Assembly (NCBI GenBank): GCA_963666205.1
Contig: OY762654.1
Coordinates: 2,624,001 to 2,688,000, forward strand
Direction: 5' to 3'
Length of the DNA stretch: 64,000 nucleotides
From: Synergistales bacterium
GTDB lineage: Bacteria > Synergistota > Synergistia > Synergistales > JAFGMB01
The notes below the pieces were generated by a model. The model did not search any database. It was not told where the DNA came from and saw only the letters and a list, made by a program, of their open reading frames with translations. Shown here one piece after another: positions 38,659-47,367 of this stretch (positions are counted from its first letter, which is position 1; the number at the start of each line of letters is the position of its first letter). The position numbers and the translations under genes were made by a program.

Positions 38659-39996
38659 ATGAGTAATGGCGTAGAAAGAGAACAATGGGGAAGTAAAATC
38701 GGTTTTATAATGGCTGCAGCTGGTTCAGCTGTAGGACTTGGTAATATATGGAAGTTTCCCTATATTACCGGTCAGAATGGTGGTGCGGCCTTTGTAGTCA
38801 TGTATGTCGCACTTGTTTTTGTTATCGGTTATGCTGTAATGATGGCAGAGATCGTTATCGGCCGTAAGGCAGAGCTTAATGCGGTTGGATCCTTTGCCAA
38901 GCTTAAAGGTGGTCCTTGGGTACTTGTAGGATGGATGGGTATAGCTGCTGGTTTCATAATCCTTTCCTTTTATGGTGTCATAGGAGGATGGACCATAAAA
39001 TATATTCTGGCCTCCTTTACTGGTCTCATGGAGGCAGGGAAAGCGGGAACTGCTGGAGATCTCTTCGGTGGTTTTATCACTGATGCTCCCAAGGTTATCA
39101 TCTATCAACTTCTTTTCATGCTTGTAACCATCTGGATAGTCTACAAGGGTATTGGTGAAGGAATTGAAAAATACTGCAAAGTTCTTATGCCTGGACTCTT
39201 TATACTTCTTTTGATCCTTATCGTAAGGTCTGTCACTCTTCCCGGTGCTGGCAAGGGGCTTGCTTTCTACCTTAAGCCCGATTTCTCCAAGCTTAACGGT
39301 GGAGTTTTCCTGGCAGCCCTTGGACAGGCTTTCTTCTCACTGTCCCTTGGTATGGGATGTATGGTGACCTACGGCAGTTACCTTCCCAAAGATACGAGTA
39401 TTCCCGGTGCTGCAGCACAGGTATGTTTCCTTGATACTGCCGTAGCATTTCTTGCAGGTCTGGTAATATTCCCGGCAGTTTTTGCCTTTGGCCTTGAACC
39501 GGGAGCGGGTCCTGGACTTACCTTCATCACCCTGCCAAACGTCTTTGCCCAGATGCCGGGTGGAGCAGTGTGGTCAGCTCTTTTCTTCCTTCTTCTCCTC
39601 GTGGCGGCCATCACCTCATCCATATCTCTTCTTGAGGTTGTATGCGCATACTTCATTGACGAGCTGAACTGGTCTAGAGCAAAAGCTGCATGGGTCATGG
39701 GGTTGGTTATATTTGCCCTTGGTGTTCCTTCTGCTATTTCCCTTGGCGGCGGACTCAAGATCGCAGGTAAAGACTTCCTTGATGCTGCGGATTTCCTTGC
39801 TTCAAATATCCTTCTGCCCCTGGGCGGACTTTTCATAGCCCTATTTGTAGGCTGGGTCTGGACCGATGCAGCAAAGAAGGAGATCACCAACGAAGGTACG
39901 ATCCCCTTTGGCCTTATGGGACCCTGGCTCTGGATATGCAGAGTAGTGGCACCCGTAGCAATTGCATGGATATTCCTTAAAGGTCTTAAGTGGTAA
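38659..39996 (+). CDS. Sodium-dependent transporter, NSS/SNF (LeuT-like) family
   Basis: REQWGSKIGF..AAGSAVGLGNIWKFPY, GQAFFSLSLG, TYGSY, GPGLTFITLP. Confidence 0.95.
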   Translation: MSNGVEREQWGSKIGFIMAAAGSAVGLGNIWKFPYITGQNGGAAFVVMYVALVFVIGYAVMMAEIVIGRKAELNAVGSFAKLKGGPWVLVGWMGIAAGFIILSFYGVIGGWTIKYILASFTGLMEAGKAGTAGDLFGGFITDAPKVIIYQLLFMLVTIWIVYKGIGEGIEKYCKVLMPGLFILLLILIVRSVTLPGAGKGLAFYLKPDFSKLNGGVFLAALGQAFFSLSLGMGCMVTYGSYLPKDTSIPGAAAQVCFLDTAVAFLAGLVIFPAVFAFGLEPGAGPGLTFITLPNVFAQMPGGAVWSALFFLLLLVAAITSSISLLEVVCAYFIDELNWSRAKAAWVMGLVIFALGVPSAISLGGGLKIAGKDFLDAADFLASNILLPLGGLFIALFVGWVWTDAAKKEITNEGTIPFGLMGPWLWICRVVAPVAIAWIFLKGLKW

Positions 39997-40010
39997 TCAG
40001 ATATTAAACC

Positions 40011-40037
40011 AAAAAGGCGGGGTTTCCCCGCCTTTTT
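40011..40037 (+). terminator. Intrinsic terminator after NSS transporter
   Basis: AAAAAGGCGGGG-TTT-CCCCGCCTTTTT. Confidence 0.85.
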
Positions 40038-40087
40038 GTTATCTTTGAATACATTACCCTCCAATCGTTTTTTTCTTCACATTTGTC

Positions 40088-40115
40088 TTGACTATGTCGT
40101 GACATAGTGTAAAAT
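40088..40115 (+). promoter_or_regulatory. Sigma70-type promoter of grd operon with palindrome in spacer
   Basis: TTGACT-N16-TAAAAT; ACTATGTC-GT-GACATAGT at 40091-40108. Confidence 0.7.
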
Positions 40116-40129
40116 CTACCCGTACGCTC

Positions 40130-40316
40130 CGGATGAAGGTCGCAAGAGAGACCCCATTATCATCCTCTCGAAAGAGTAGGGGCGCCGAAGGGGCAAGGTA
40201 CACCTGACGGTGTGCTGAAACTCTCAGGCAAAGGGATTGTGACTGGACGGATCTCTGAAAACTTAGCCATAAGTGGTTCCGTTAATTACACCTTCCACGG
40301 GCTATACGACAGAGAT
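40130..40316 (+). ncRNA. Glycine riboswitch (single aptamer plus degenerate second aptamer stem)
   Basis: GAGAGACC..GGCGCCGAAGGGGCAA..GAAACTCTCAGGCAAAGGG core; downstream ATCTCTG (40251-40257) pairs with CAGAGAT (40310-40316); precedes glycine reductase genes. Confidence 0.88.
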
Positions 40317-40347
40317 TGGTATCGTTTTCTTTATTGGAGGCGTTTCC

Positions 40348-40758
40348 ATGTCAGGTCGTGTAGTTCTTGTGACTAATAACCCCAGATACCTTTCAAATGT
40401 TACTTCCATAGATCTTGTTAATGGAAGCTCGTGGGATGTCCTTGTGAAAGTCAGGGACATGGTCCATGGTGGATGTAAATTGTTATCCCATCCACTCTAT
40501 GGCAATCTTCGGCCCTACCAGCAACCTTTCCGTTCGGCCATCCTTTCTCTCAAGTCAGATAATGGTTCCTCCAGCGTAGATGAGTATTCTCTCACATTGA
40601 TTGAGCATGCCCTGTCAGTTTACCGTTCATGTCTTGACAGACTTCTTCTGAGGGGGGTCCTGCCCCCTGCAACCGAAGAGGATTATGCCTTTATGGATAT
40701 GGAACTTATGAAGCAGACTCTACTTCAGTATGATATTTTCTCTGAAAAGGGTGTTTGA
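40348..40758 (+). CDS. grdX: GrdX family protein
   Basis: LVTNNP, VRDMVHGGCKLLSHPLYGNLRPYQQPFRS, DYAFMDMEL. Confidence 0.9.
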   Translation: MSGRVVLVTNNPRYLSNVTSIDLVNGSSWDVLVKVRDMVHGGCKLLSHPLYGNLRPYQQPFRSAILSLKSDNGSSSVDEYSLTLIEHALSVYRSCLDRLLLRGVLPPATEEDYAFMDMELMKQTLLQYDIFSEKGV

Positions 40759-40813
40759 GCCTGTCCGGCCATAACTGGACAAAGACAGTCTTAAAGCAAA
40801 GGAGGTGAACTAG

Positions 40814-41131
40814 ATGATAGAACTTACCAAGGAAACCTTTGATGCAGAGGTAAAGGAAAGTGAACTGCCCGTTCTTGTTGACTTCTGGGGTCCCCAGTGC
40901 GGTCCATGCCTTGCCCTTATGCCTCATGTGGAGGCTATGGAAAAGGAATACGAAGGCAAGGTCAAGTTTACGAAGGTAAACGTAAGCGGCAACAGACGAG
41001 TTGCCATAGCTAACAGGGTTATGGGGCTTCCCGGGATCCTGTTTTTTAAAGGCGGCGAAGAAGTGGCTAGACTGGGCGGTGGTGATGCTACCGCAGAGAA
41101 TATTAAGGCTAAGATCGAAGAGATGCTTTAA
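40814..41131 (+). CDS. trxA: Thioredoxin (glycine-reductase type)
   Basis: VDFWGPQCGPC, NRRVAI..RVMGLP. Confidence 0.93.
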   Translation: MIELTKETFDAEVKESELPVLVDFWGPQCGPCLALMPHVEAMEKEYEGKVKFTKVNVSGNRRVAIANRVMGLPGILFFKGGEEVARLGGGDATAENIKAKIEEML

Positions 41132-41163
41132 TAGTTGAACTCAATCCAAAGGGGGGAATCTCT

Positions 41164-42450
41164 TTGAAACTTGAACTCCATAAGGTTAAGGTTAGCGGGT
41201 TGGCATGGGGTGACAAGACAGCAGTCAGGGACGGGATCCTTTTTGTCAATAAGGGAGAGCTTGTATCCATGCTTTCTGAAGACGAAAGGCTCGCCAGGGT
41301 TGATGTTGAGTTTGCAATGCCAGGAGAAAGTGTCAGGATACTTCCTGTCAAGGATGTCATTGAGCCCCGTTGCAAGATCGAGGGTAAGGGCGGTATCTTC
41401 CCTGGAATGGTCAGTGATGTCGAAACCGTTGGTGAAGGTAAAACCCTTGTACTTGAGGGCGCAGCAGTTGTAACAACAGGCAAGATAGTACGTTTCCAGG
41501 AAGGAATCATCGACATGTCCGGACCTGGAGCAGATTATTGTCCATATTCACAGACGAACAACGTTGTTCTCCTTCTTGATCCCGTAGTGGATCTAGAAAA
41601 ACATGATCATGAAACTGCATGCAGGCTCGCTGGTTTGAAGACTGCAGCATACCTTGCAGAATCATGTAAAGATGTAGAGGCTGACAGGGTTGAAACCTAT
41701 GAAACCCTTTCTTTCAGGGAATCCATGCATGCATACCCGGATCTTCCGAAAGTCGCCTATCTTTACATGCTTCAGTCTCAGGGGCTTCTTCATGACACAT
41801 GGGTCTATGGTGTTGACGCCAAGAAAAGTCTTCCAACTCTTATCAGTCCTACCGAAGTGATGGACGGTGCCATTGTTTCAGGCAACTGTGTTTCCGCCTG
41901 TGACAAGAACAATACCTATGTCCACCTTAATAATCCGATAATCAAGTCCATGTATGAACATCATGGAAAGGACTTCAATTTTGTAGGCTGTATCATTACC
42001 AATGAAAACGTTACTCTTGCGGACAAGAAGAGGAGTTCTTCGTACTCTATAAAACTGGCCACCATGATAGGTCTTGACGGTCTTCTCATATCCGAAGAGG
42101 GATTCGGGAACCCTGATGCAGACCTCATCATGAACTGCTGGAAAGCCGAAAGAGCCGGTATGAAAACTACACTCCTCACGGATGAATATGCCGGTCAGGA
42201 TGGGGCCAGCCAGTCTCTGGCAGACTCCTGTCCCGAAGGTGACGCATGCGTAACTGCCGGTAATGCTAATGAGGTTATCACTCTTCCGCCTATGGAAAAA
42301 GTACTTGGATATCCCGATGAAGCTAATATCATTGCGGGCGGCTGGGATGGTTCCCTTGCTTCTGATGGCACAATAACAGTTGAACTTCAGGCAATCATTG
42401 GTTCAACGAGCGAACTTGGATTCACCAAACTTGGTGCTTACACAATTTAA
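41164..42450 (+). CDS. grdE: Glycine reductase component B proprotein (alpha/beta)
   Basis: MKLEL, PVKDVIEPR, FQEGIIDMSGPGA, SGNCVSACDKN (pyruvoyl cleavage site), EEGFGNPDADL. Confidence 0.95.
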   Translation: MKLELHKVKVSGLAWGDKTAVRDGILFVNKGELVSMLSEDERLARVDVEFAMPGESVRILPVKDVIEPRCKIEGKGGIFPGMVSDVETVGEGKTLVLEGAAVVTTGKIVRFQEGIIDMSGPGADYCPYSQTNNVVLLLDPVVDLEKHDHETACRLAGLKTAAYLAESCKDVEADRVETYETLSFRESMHAYPDLPKVAYLYMLQSQGLLHDTWVYGVDAKKSLPTLISPTEVMDGAIVSGNCVSACDKNNTYVHLNNPIIKSMYEHHGKDFNFVGCIITNENVTLADKKRSSSYSIKLATMIGLDGLLISEEGFGNPDADLIMNCWKAERAGMKTTLLTDEYAGQDGASQSLADSCPEGDACVTAGNANEVITLPPMEKVLGYPDEANIIAGGWDGSLASDGTITVELQAIIGSTSELGFTKLGAYTI

Positions 42451-42494
42451 CAGATTTTAATATCTAACCCATTTTAATGAAGGAGGTGCGAAGC

Positions 42495-42971
42495 ATGGGT
42501 AAGTTGGCTGGAAAAAAACTTCTTCTTCTTGGCGAACGTGACGGAGTTCCCGGACCCGCAATGGAAGCAGTTTTTAAGAATAGCGGCGCAGAAGTGATAT
42601 TTTCCGTTACCGAATGCTTTGTCTGAACCGCAGCAGGAGCCATGGATCTGCAGAATCAGCAGAGGATAAAAGACGCTGCTGAAAAGTATAACCCCGAAGA
42701 GCTTGTCGTGATACTGGGATCTTCTGATGCAGAAGGTGCTGAGATCTACGCAGAAACTGTAGCAAACGGGGATCCTACCTTTGCAGGACCATTGGCCGGA
42801 GTCCAGTTGGGACTCTGTGTATATGATATTTTTGAAGAAGAGATAAGGGCAGAAGCGGACCCTGCAGCTTGGGAAGAGCAGATTTCAATGATGGAAATGG
42901 TGCTCGATCCAGAAGCCTTGAGTGCAGCGGTTGCAGCAATGAGGAAAGAGTTTAGCAAGTATTCTCTCTAA
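42495..42971 (+). CDS. grdA: Glycine reductase selenoprotein A, 158 aa, Sec44 (TGA 42624-42626)
   Basis: Manual translation [41 protein letters not shown] in one frame; SD AGGAGGTG. Confidence 0.96.
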
Positions 42972-42995
42972 TCCTTAATGAAAGGAGGGGAAACA

Positions 42996-44303
42996 ATGTC
43001 CTACCGTGTCGTTCATTATATAAATCAGTTCTTTGCAGGGATCGGTGGAGAAGAAAAAGCCGATCATAAACCCGAGATAAGAGAAGGTGTCGTAGGGCCT
43101 GGAATGGCTCTTAATAATGCCCTCGGAGATGAGGCCGAAATCGTTGCAACTGCCATATGCGGTGATACCTATTTTGCAACTGATATGGAAAAAGCTGCAG
43201 CAGAAGTCCTTGAAATGATCAGAAAGTACAATCCGGATGCAGTTATTCTGGGTCCTGCCTTCAATGCTGGAAGGTATGGTTCTGCCTGTGGAGCAATGGG
43301 AGATGTCATAGCTAAAGAACTTGGTATACCCGTCGTTTCCGGTATGTATCCAGAGAATCCCGGGGTTGAGATGTACAGAAAAAGCATGTACATCATAGAA
43401 ACCCCCGATAGTGCCAGGGGAATGGGTAAGGCTGTCCCTGCCATGGCAAAGATGCTCCTCAAACTACTCAGAGGCGAACCAATAGGTCTTCCTTCTGAGG
43501 AAGGTTACATCGAACGTGGTATCCGTATCAACAAGTTTTATGAAAAACTTGCGGCAGAGAGATGTGTTGACATGTTCGTCAGCAAACTCAAGGGTGAGCC
43601 CTTCGTTACAGAATACCCCATGCCGGTTTTTGACAGGGTTGAACCCAACCCCCCTGTAGCAGATATGAAAAATGCCACTATTGCCATTGTAACTTCTGGT
43701 GGTATATGCCCCAAAGGGAATCCCGATCATATCGAGGCATCAAGTGCAAGCAAATATGGTGAATACAGTATTGAAGGTTATGATGACCTCACTTCAGCGG
43801 ATCATTGTACTGCCCATGGTGGCTATGATGCGACATATGCTGATGATGATCCTGACCGTGTTCTTCCAGTTGATGTTATGCGGGAAATGGAGAAGGAAGG
43901 ACTTTTCAAGAAACTCCATAACAAGTTCTATACGACAGTTGGTAATGGAACTGCAGTGGCGAGCGCCAAAAAATTCGGTGCCGCTATTGCTGATAAACTG
44001 AAAGCAGACGGAGTCGATGCGGTAATCCTGACTTCCACCTGAGGAACCTGCACTCGTTGCGGTGCAACGATGGTTAAGGAAATTGAAAGAGCAGGACTCC
44101 CAGTTGTCCATGTATGTACCATAGTTCCTATTTCTCTTACTGTTGGAGCCAATCGGATCGTACCTGCAATAGCCATTCCCCATCCCCTTGGGGATCCGAC
44201 GAAACCATTCGAAGAAGAAAAAGCTATTCGCCGCCATCTTGTAGAGAAGGCTCTTAAAGCTCTTCAGACACCTGTAACTGAACAGACAGTATTTAACGAC
44301 TAA
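42996..44303 (+). CDS. grdB: Glycine reductase selenoprotein B gamma subunit, 435 aa, Sec349 (TGA 44040-44042)
   Basis: VVHYINQFFAGIGGEE..ILTST-TGA-GTCTRCGATMVKEIE; joins ORFs 42978-44042 and 44070-44303 in frame. Confidence 0.96.
44054..44070 (+). promoter_or_regulatory. Putative SECIS hairpin of grdB
   Basis: TCGTTGC-GGT-GCAACGA with 11 nt between the UGA and the stem. Confidence 0.65.
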
Positions 44304-44314
44304 AAAGTGTTTCT

Positions 44315-44344
44315 GCCCTGGTCCGGTTCTTCCCCGGCCAGGGC
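44315..44344 (+). other. GC-rich intergenic hairpin between grdB and grdC
   Basis: GCCCTGG-T-CCGG..CCGG-CCAGGGC with weak U tail; partial terminator or stability element. Confidence 0.5.
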
Positions 44345-44380
44345 TTAATTTATAGCTGTTTCGAGGAGGTAATTTGAAGT

Positions 44381-45910
44381 ATGTCCAGTGTCGGAATCAA
44401 GGGTTACTCATATTGTTTGAATCACACACCAGAGCTTGGTCTTCATTACGGGAATACCCCTTATGTTGAGAGAATGACCAAGGGAGAGACGGAGTTCCTG
44501 TCTGAGCTTCCCAAGCATCTGCAGGCCTACGGGGAAGCAGTAAGCTATGCCCCAAACCAGGCATATATCGGCGGCATAACTCTGGACGAATATGAAGCTC
44601 AGCCCCAGCCATGGTATGAAAATCGTATGGCCGATGCCATGCGTTATGGAAAATACGGTGAGATCATGCCCGAGGATGAATTCCTTGGACTAATTGATAT
44701 ATGCGATGTGTTCGACCTCATATGGCTTGAGAAGGGGTTTGCTTCCCTGGTCAGGGAAAAACTGGTTCAGGATCCTGTCATAAGCGAAACTATCCTTGCA
44801 AGGCTTGAAAGTGGTCATGATAAAGAAGAAATAGACAGTGAGATAAAAAATCATAAGGCTTTGCCTCTTTATATTGAAGGCAAGGTTGTAGGCTGTGTTC
44901 GTAGTGGACATGAAGTCGATGAGTGTCTCTTCCCATATGTCCTGCTTGAAAACATCGCGTCTAAAGCGGGAGGAGTTCTTTCTGTACTTCATCTTCTGAA
45001 GAATAGCGCTATTTCGCCTGAGGAGATCGATTTCGTTATCGAATGTTCCGAGGAAGGCGCTGGAGACATGAATCAGAGGGCTGGTGGTAATTTTGCCAAG
45101 GCTATAGCTGAAATAGCCGGATGTGTAAATGCCAGCGGATGCGATGTGAGAGGTTTTTGTGCGGGTCCTGTAAATGCCATGATAGCGGCAGCCTCCCAGG
45201 TTGCATCAGGTGCCAGGAAGAACTGTATCGTCGTTGCGGGGGGTGCTATCCCCAAGCTTTACATGAACGGTCGCGACCACGTGAAAAAGGGATTACCAGC
45301 CCTTGAGGATTGTCTGGGAAACTTTGCTATCCTGCTTGTCCCCGATAATGGAGAAGACCCTGTCATGCGACTGGATGCACTGGGCAAGCACTCTGTTGGA
45401 GCAGGGGCTTCACCCCAGGCTGTTACTTCTGCCCTTATCTGGGAACCCCTGCAGAAACTCGGACTTTCCTTTCAGGATGTTGATAAATATGCTGCAGAAC
45501 TTCACACTCCAGAGATAACACTTCCTGCCGGTGCCGGAGATGTCCCCCTTGCCAATGCCAAAATGACAGCTGCTCTTGCTGTAATGAAGAAACAGCTCGA
45601 GAAAAAGGATATGATGGCTTTTGTAAAGGAAAAGGGTCTTATCGGTTTTGCCCACACCCAGGGACATATTCCTTCCGGTGTTCCCTTTGTGGGGCATGCC
45701 TGTGATGCAATTCGAGACGGGAAAATGAACAGGGTAATGATCATAGGTAAAGGAAGCCTTTTCCTGGCAAGATTGACAAATCTTTCAGATGGAGCCTCAT
45801 TCTTCATTGAAAAAAGCACTGGGAGTGGAGCAGTGGGAGCAATAAGCAAGGATGAGATAAAGAATATGATCCTTGAGGTCCTTTCTGAAATCAGCGAGTC
45901 TTTAAAGTGA
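44381..45910 (+). CDS. grdC: Glycine reductase component C beta subunit
   Basis: SYAPNQAYIG, YGEIMPEDEF, IECSEEGAGDMNQRAGGNFAK, DVRGFCAGP, TQGHIPSGVP, GKGSLFLARLT. Confidence 0.95.
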   Translation: MSSVGIKGYSYCLNHTPELGLHYGNTPYVERMTKGETEFLSELPKHLQAYGEAVSYAPNQAYIGGITLDEYEAQPQPWYENRMADAMRYGKYGEIMPEDEFLGLIDICDVFDLIWLEKGFASLVREKLVQDPVISETILARLESGHDKEEIDSEIKNHKALPLYIEGKVVGCVRSGHEVDECLFPYVLLENIASKAGGVLSVLHLLKNSAISPEEIDFVIECSEEGAGDMNQRAGGNFAKAIAEIAGCVNASGCDVRGFCAGPVNAMIAAASQVASGARKNCIVVAGGAIPKLYMNGRDHVKKGLPALEDCLGNFAILLVPDNGEDPVMRLDALGKHSVGAGASPQAVTSALIWEPLQKLGLSFQDVDKYAAELHTPEITLPAGAGDVPLANAKMTAALAVMKKQLEKKDMMAFVKEKGLIGFAHTQGHIPSGVPFVGHACDAIRDGKMNRVMIIGKGSLFLARLTNLSDGASFFIEKSTGSGAVGAISKDEIKNMILEVLSEISESLK

Positions 45911-45928
45911 TCTGGCGGGGTGGTATTT

Positions 45929-47080
45929 ATGTCCGATATCCGTAAGTTGGTCGGTGAAGCTCTTGCCGATATTATAGAATCAGCAAAAACTGGCGGTCCC
46001 AAGGTTAGAGTGGGACTTATGGCTGGCGGAAGTGAACTTGGTGATGAAGAACTGGCGAGGGGAGGCAGACTCGCCCAGCAGCAATATTCCCATATCAGGG
46101 TTGTGATGATAGGTCCCAAGATAGAAGGTTATGAAGATCTTGAATGGATCGAAACATCTGATTGTGATGCTGATATTGCTTCAGCGATGGACCAGGCCCT
46201 TAATGAAGGTGTGATAATGGGTGCTGTTGCCCTTCACTACCCATTTCCCATGGGGGTAACTACAATAGGCCGGGTGCTGACTCCTGCAAAGGGGCAGGAT
46301 ATGATAATAGCCTCATCTACGGGAACTTCAGCGATATTGCGAACAGAGGCCATGTTGCGCAACGCTATTTATGGAATAGCCGTTGCCAGGTCCATAGGGA
46401 AAAAGGATCCAACCGTGGGTATTCTGAACGTGGAAGGTGCCCATCCTGTCTACAGGGCCCTTGGACAGCTTAAGGAAAATGGTTATGATATCAAATTCGG
46501 GCAGAGCATACGTAAAGACGGAGGGGCCGTTTTGAGAGGAAATGACCTTCTTTCAGGAGCCGTTGATATATGTGTCAACGATACACTCACCGGCAATGTG
46601 CTGATGAAGCTTTTCTCATCCTTCAATACTGGAGGATCCTTTGAGGCCCTTGGTTGGGGATACGGTCCTTCTGTTGGGGAAGGATGGCCCCACGTTATAT
46701 CTATCATATCGAGGGCATCTGGTGCTCCTGTTATTGCAAATGCCATTTCTTTCAATGCTTCCGCTGTAGCAGGTAATTTACCTGGAGTTATTGCGGACGA
46801 AATCCGCAAAGCAAAAGAAGCGGGACTGGATGATCTCATATCCTCCCTTCAGCCAAAGCCAGTGGAATGTCGGGAAGAGATAATGGCTCCTCCCAAGGAA
46901 CCTACTGATGAAGAAATCCATGGTATAGATGTGCTGGATGTGGAAGATGCTGTAAGGGAACTCTGGAAGGACGGGATCTATGCAGAATCAGCCATGGGTT
47001 GCACCGGACCTGTAGTAAAACTTCCATCCAGACACATGGAAAAGGGAGTCCAGATCCTTAAGGAGAGTAACTATATATAG
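45929..47080 (+). CDS. grdD: Glycine reductase component C alpha subunit
   Basis: HYPFPMGVTTIGRV, LRGNDLL, GWGYGP, ISRASGAPVI, YAESAMGCTGPVV. Confidence 0.95.
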   Translation: MSDIRKLVGEALADIIESAKTGGPKVRVGLMAGGSELGDEELARGGRLAQQQYSHIRVVMIGPKIEGYEDLEWIETSDCDADIASAMDQALNEGVIMGAVALHYPFPMGVTTIGRVLTPAKGQDMIIASSTGTSAILRTEAMLRNAIYGIAVARSIGKKDPTVGILNVEGAHPVYRALGQLKENGYDIKFGQSIRKDGGAVLRGNDLLSGAVDICVNDTLTGNVLMKLFSSFNTGGSFEALGWGYGPSVGEGWPHVISIISRASGAPVIANAISFNASAVAGNLPGVIADEIRKAKEAGLDDLISSLQPKPVECREEIMAPPKEPTDEEIHGIDVLDVEDAVRELWKDGIYAESAMGCTGPVVKLPSRHMEKGVQILKESNYI

Positions 47081-47089
47081 ATTATGATA

Positions 47090-47135
47090 GTAGCAAGGGG
47101 CAGGCTCTTACCTTCGATCTCCTGCCCCTTGCTAC
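47090..47135. terminator. 15-bp perfect stem hairpin after grdD
   Basis: GTAGCAAGGGGCAGG / CCTGCCCCTTGCTAC; no clear U tract. Confidence 0.5.
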
Positions 47136-47367
47136 CATGGTAAAAGGTCCATAATTCCATGATATAATGTTCTCGGTTGATTTCTTTTTCACAATTAATA
47201 CGTGTTTGAATCAACCAGGGAGGTGGGGGAAAAGAGTAATAGTAGGGATTTTACGGATCAGGGATTTAATGGAGCTTGACGTTCGTGCGAATTGAGTTTT
47301 TTTTCCAGAAGCGTAAGGGATCCGAGGGGGATCCGGTTTTCTGGACTCAAAAGGGGGAATCGCAGTA

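Noticed and set aside
39378-40064. 228-aa minus-strand ORF
   Set aside because: Antisense shadow of the NSS transporter
42624-44042. Apparent nonsense mutations or pseudogenes in grdA and grdB
   Set aside because: Both TGA codons fall at the conserved Sec positions
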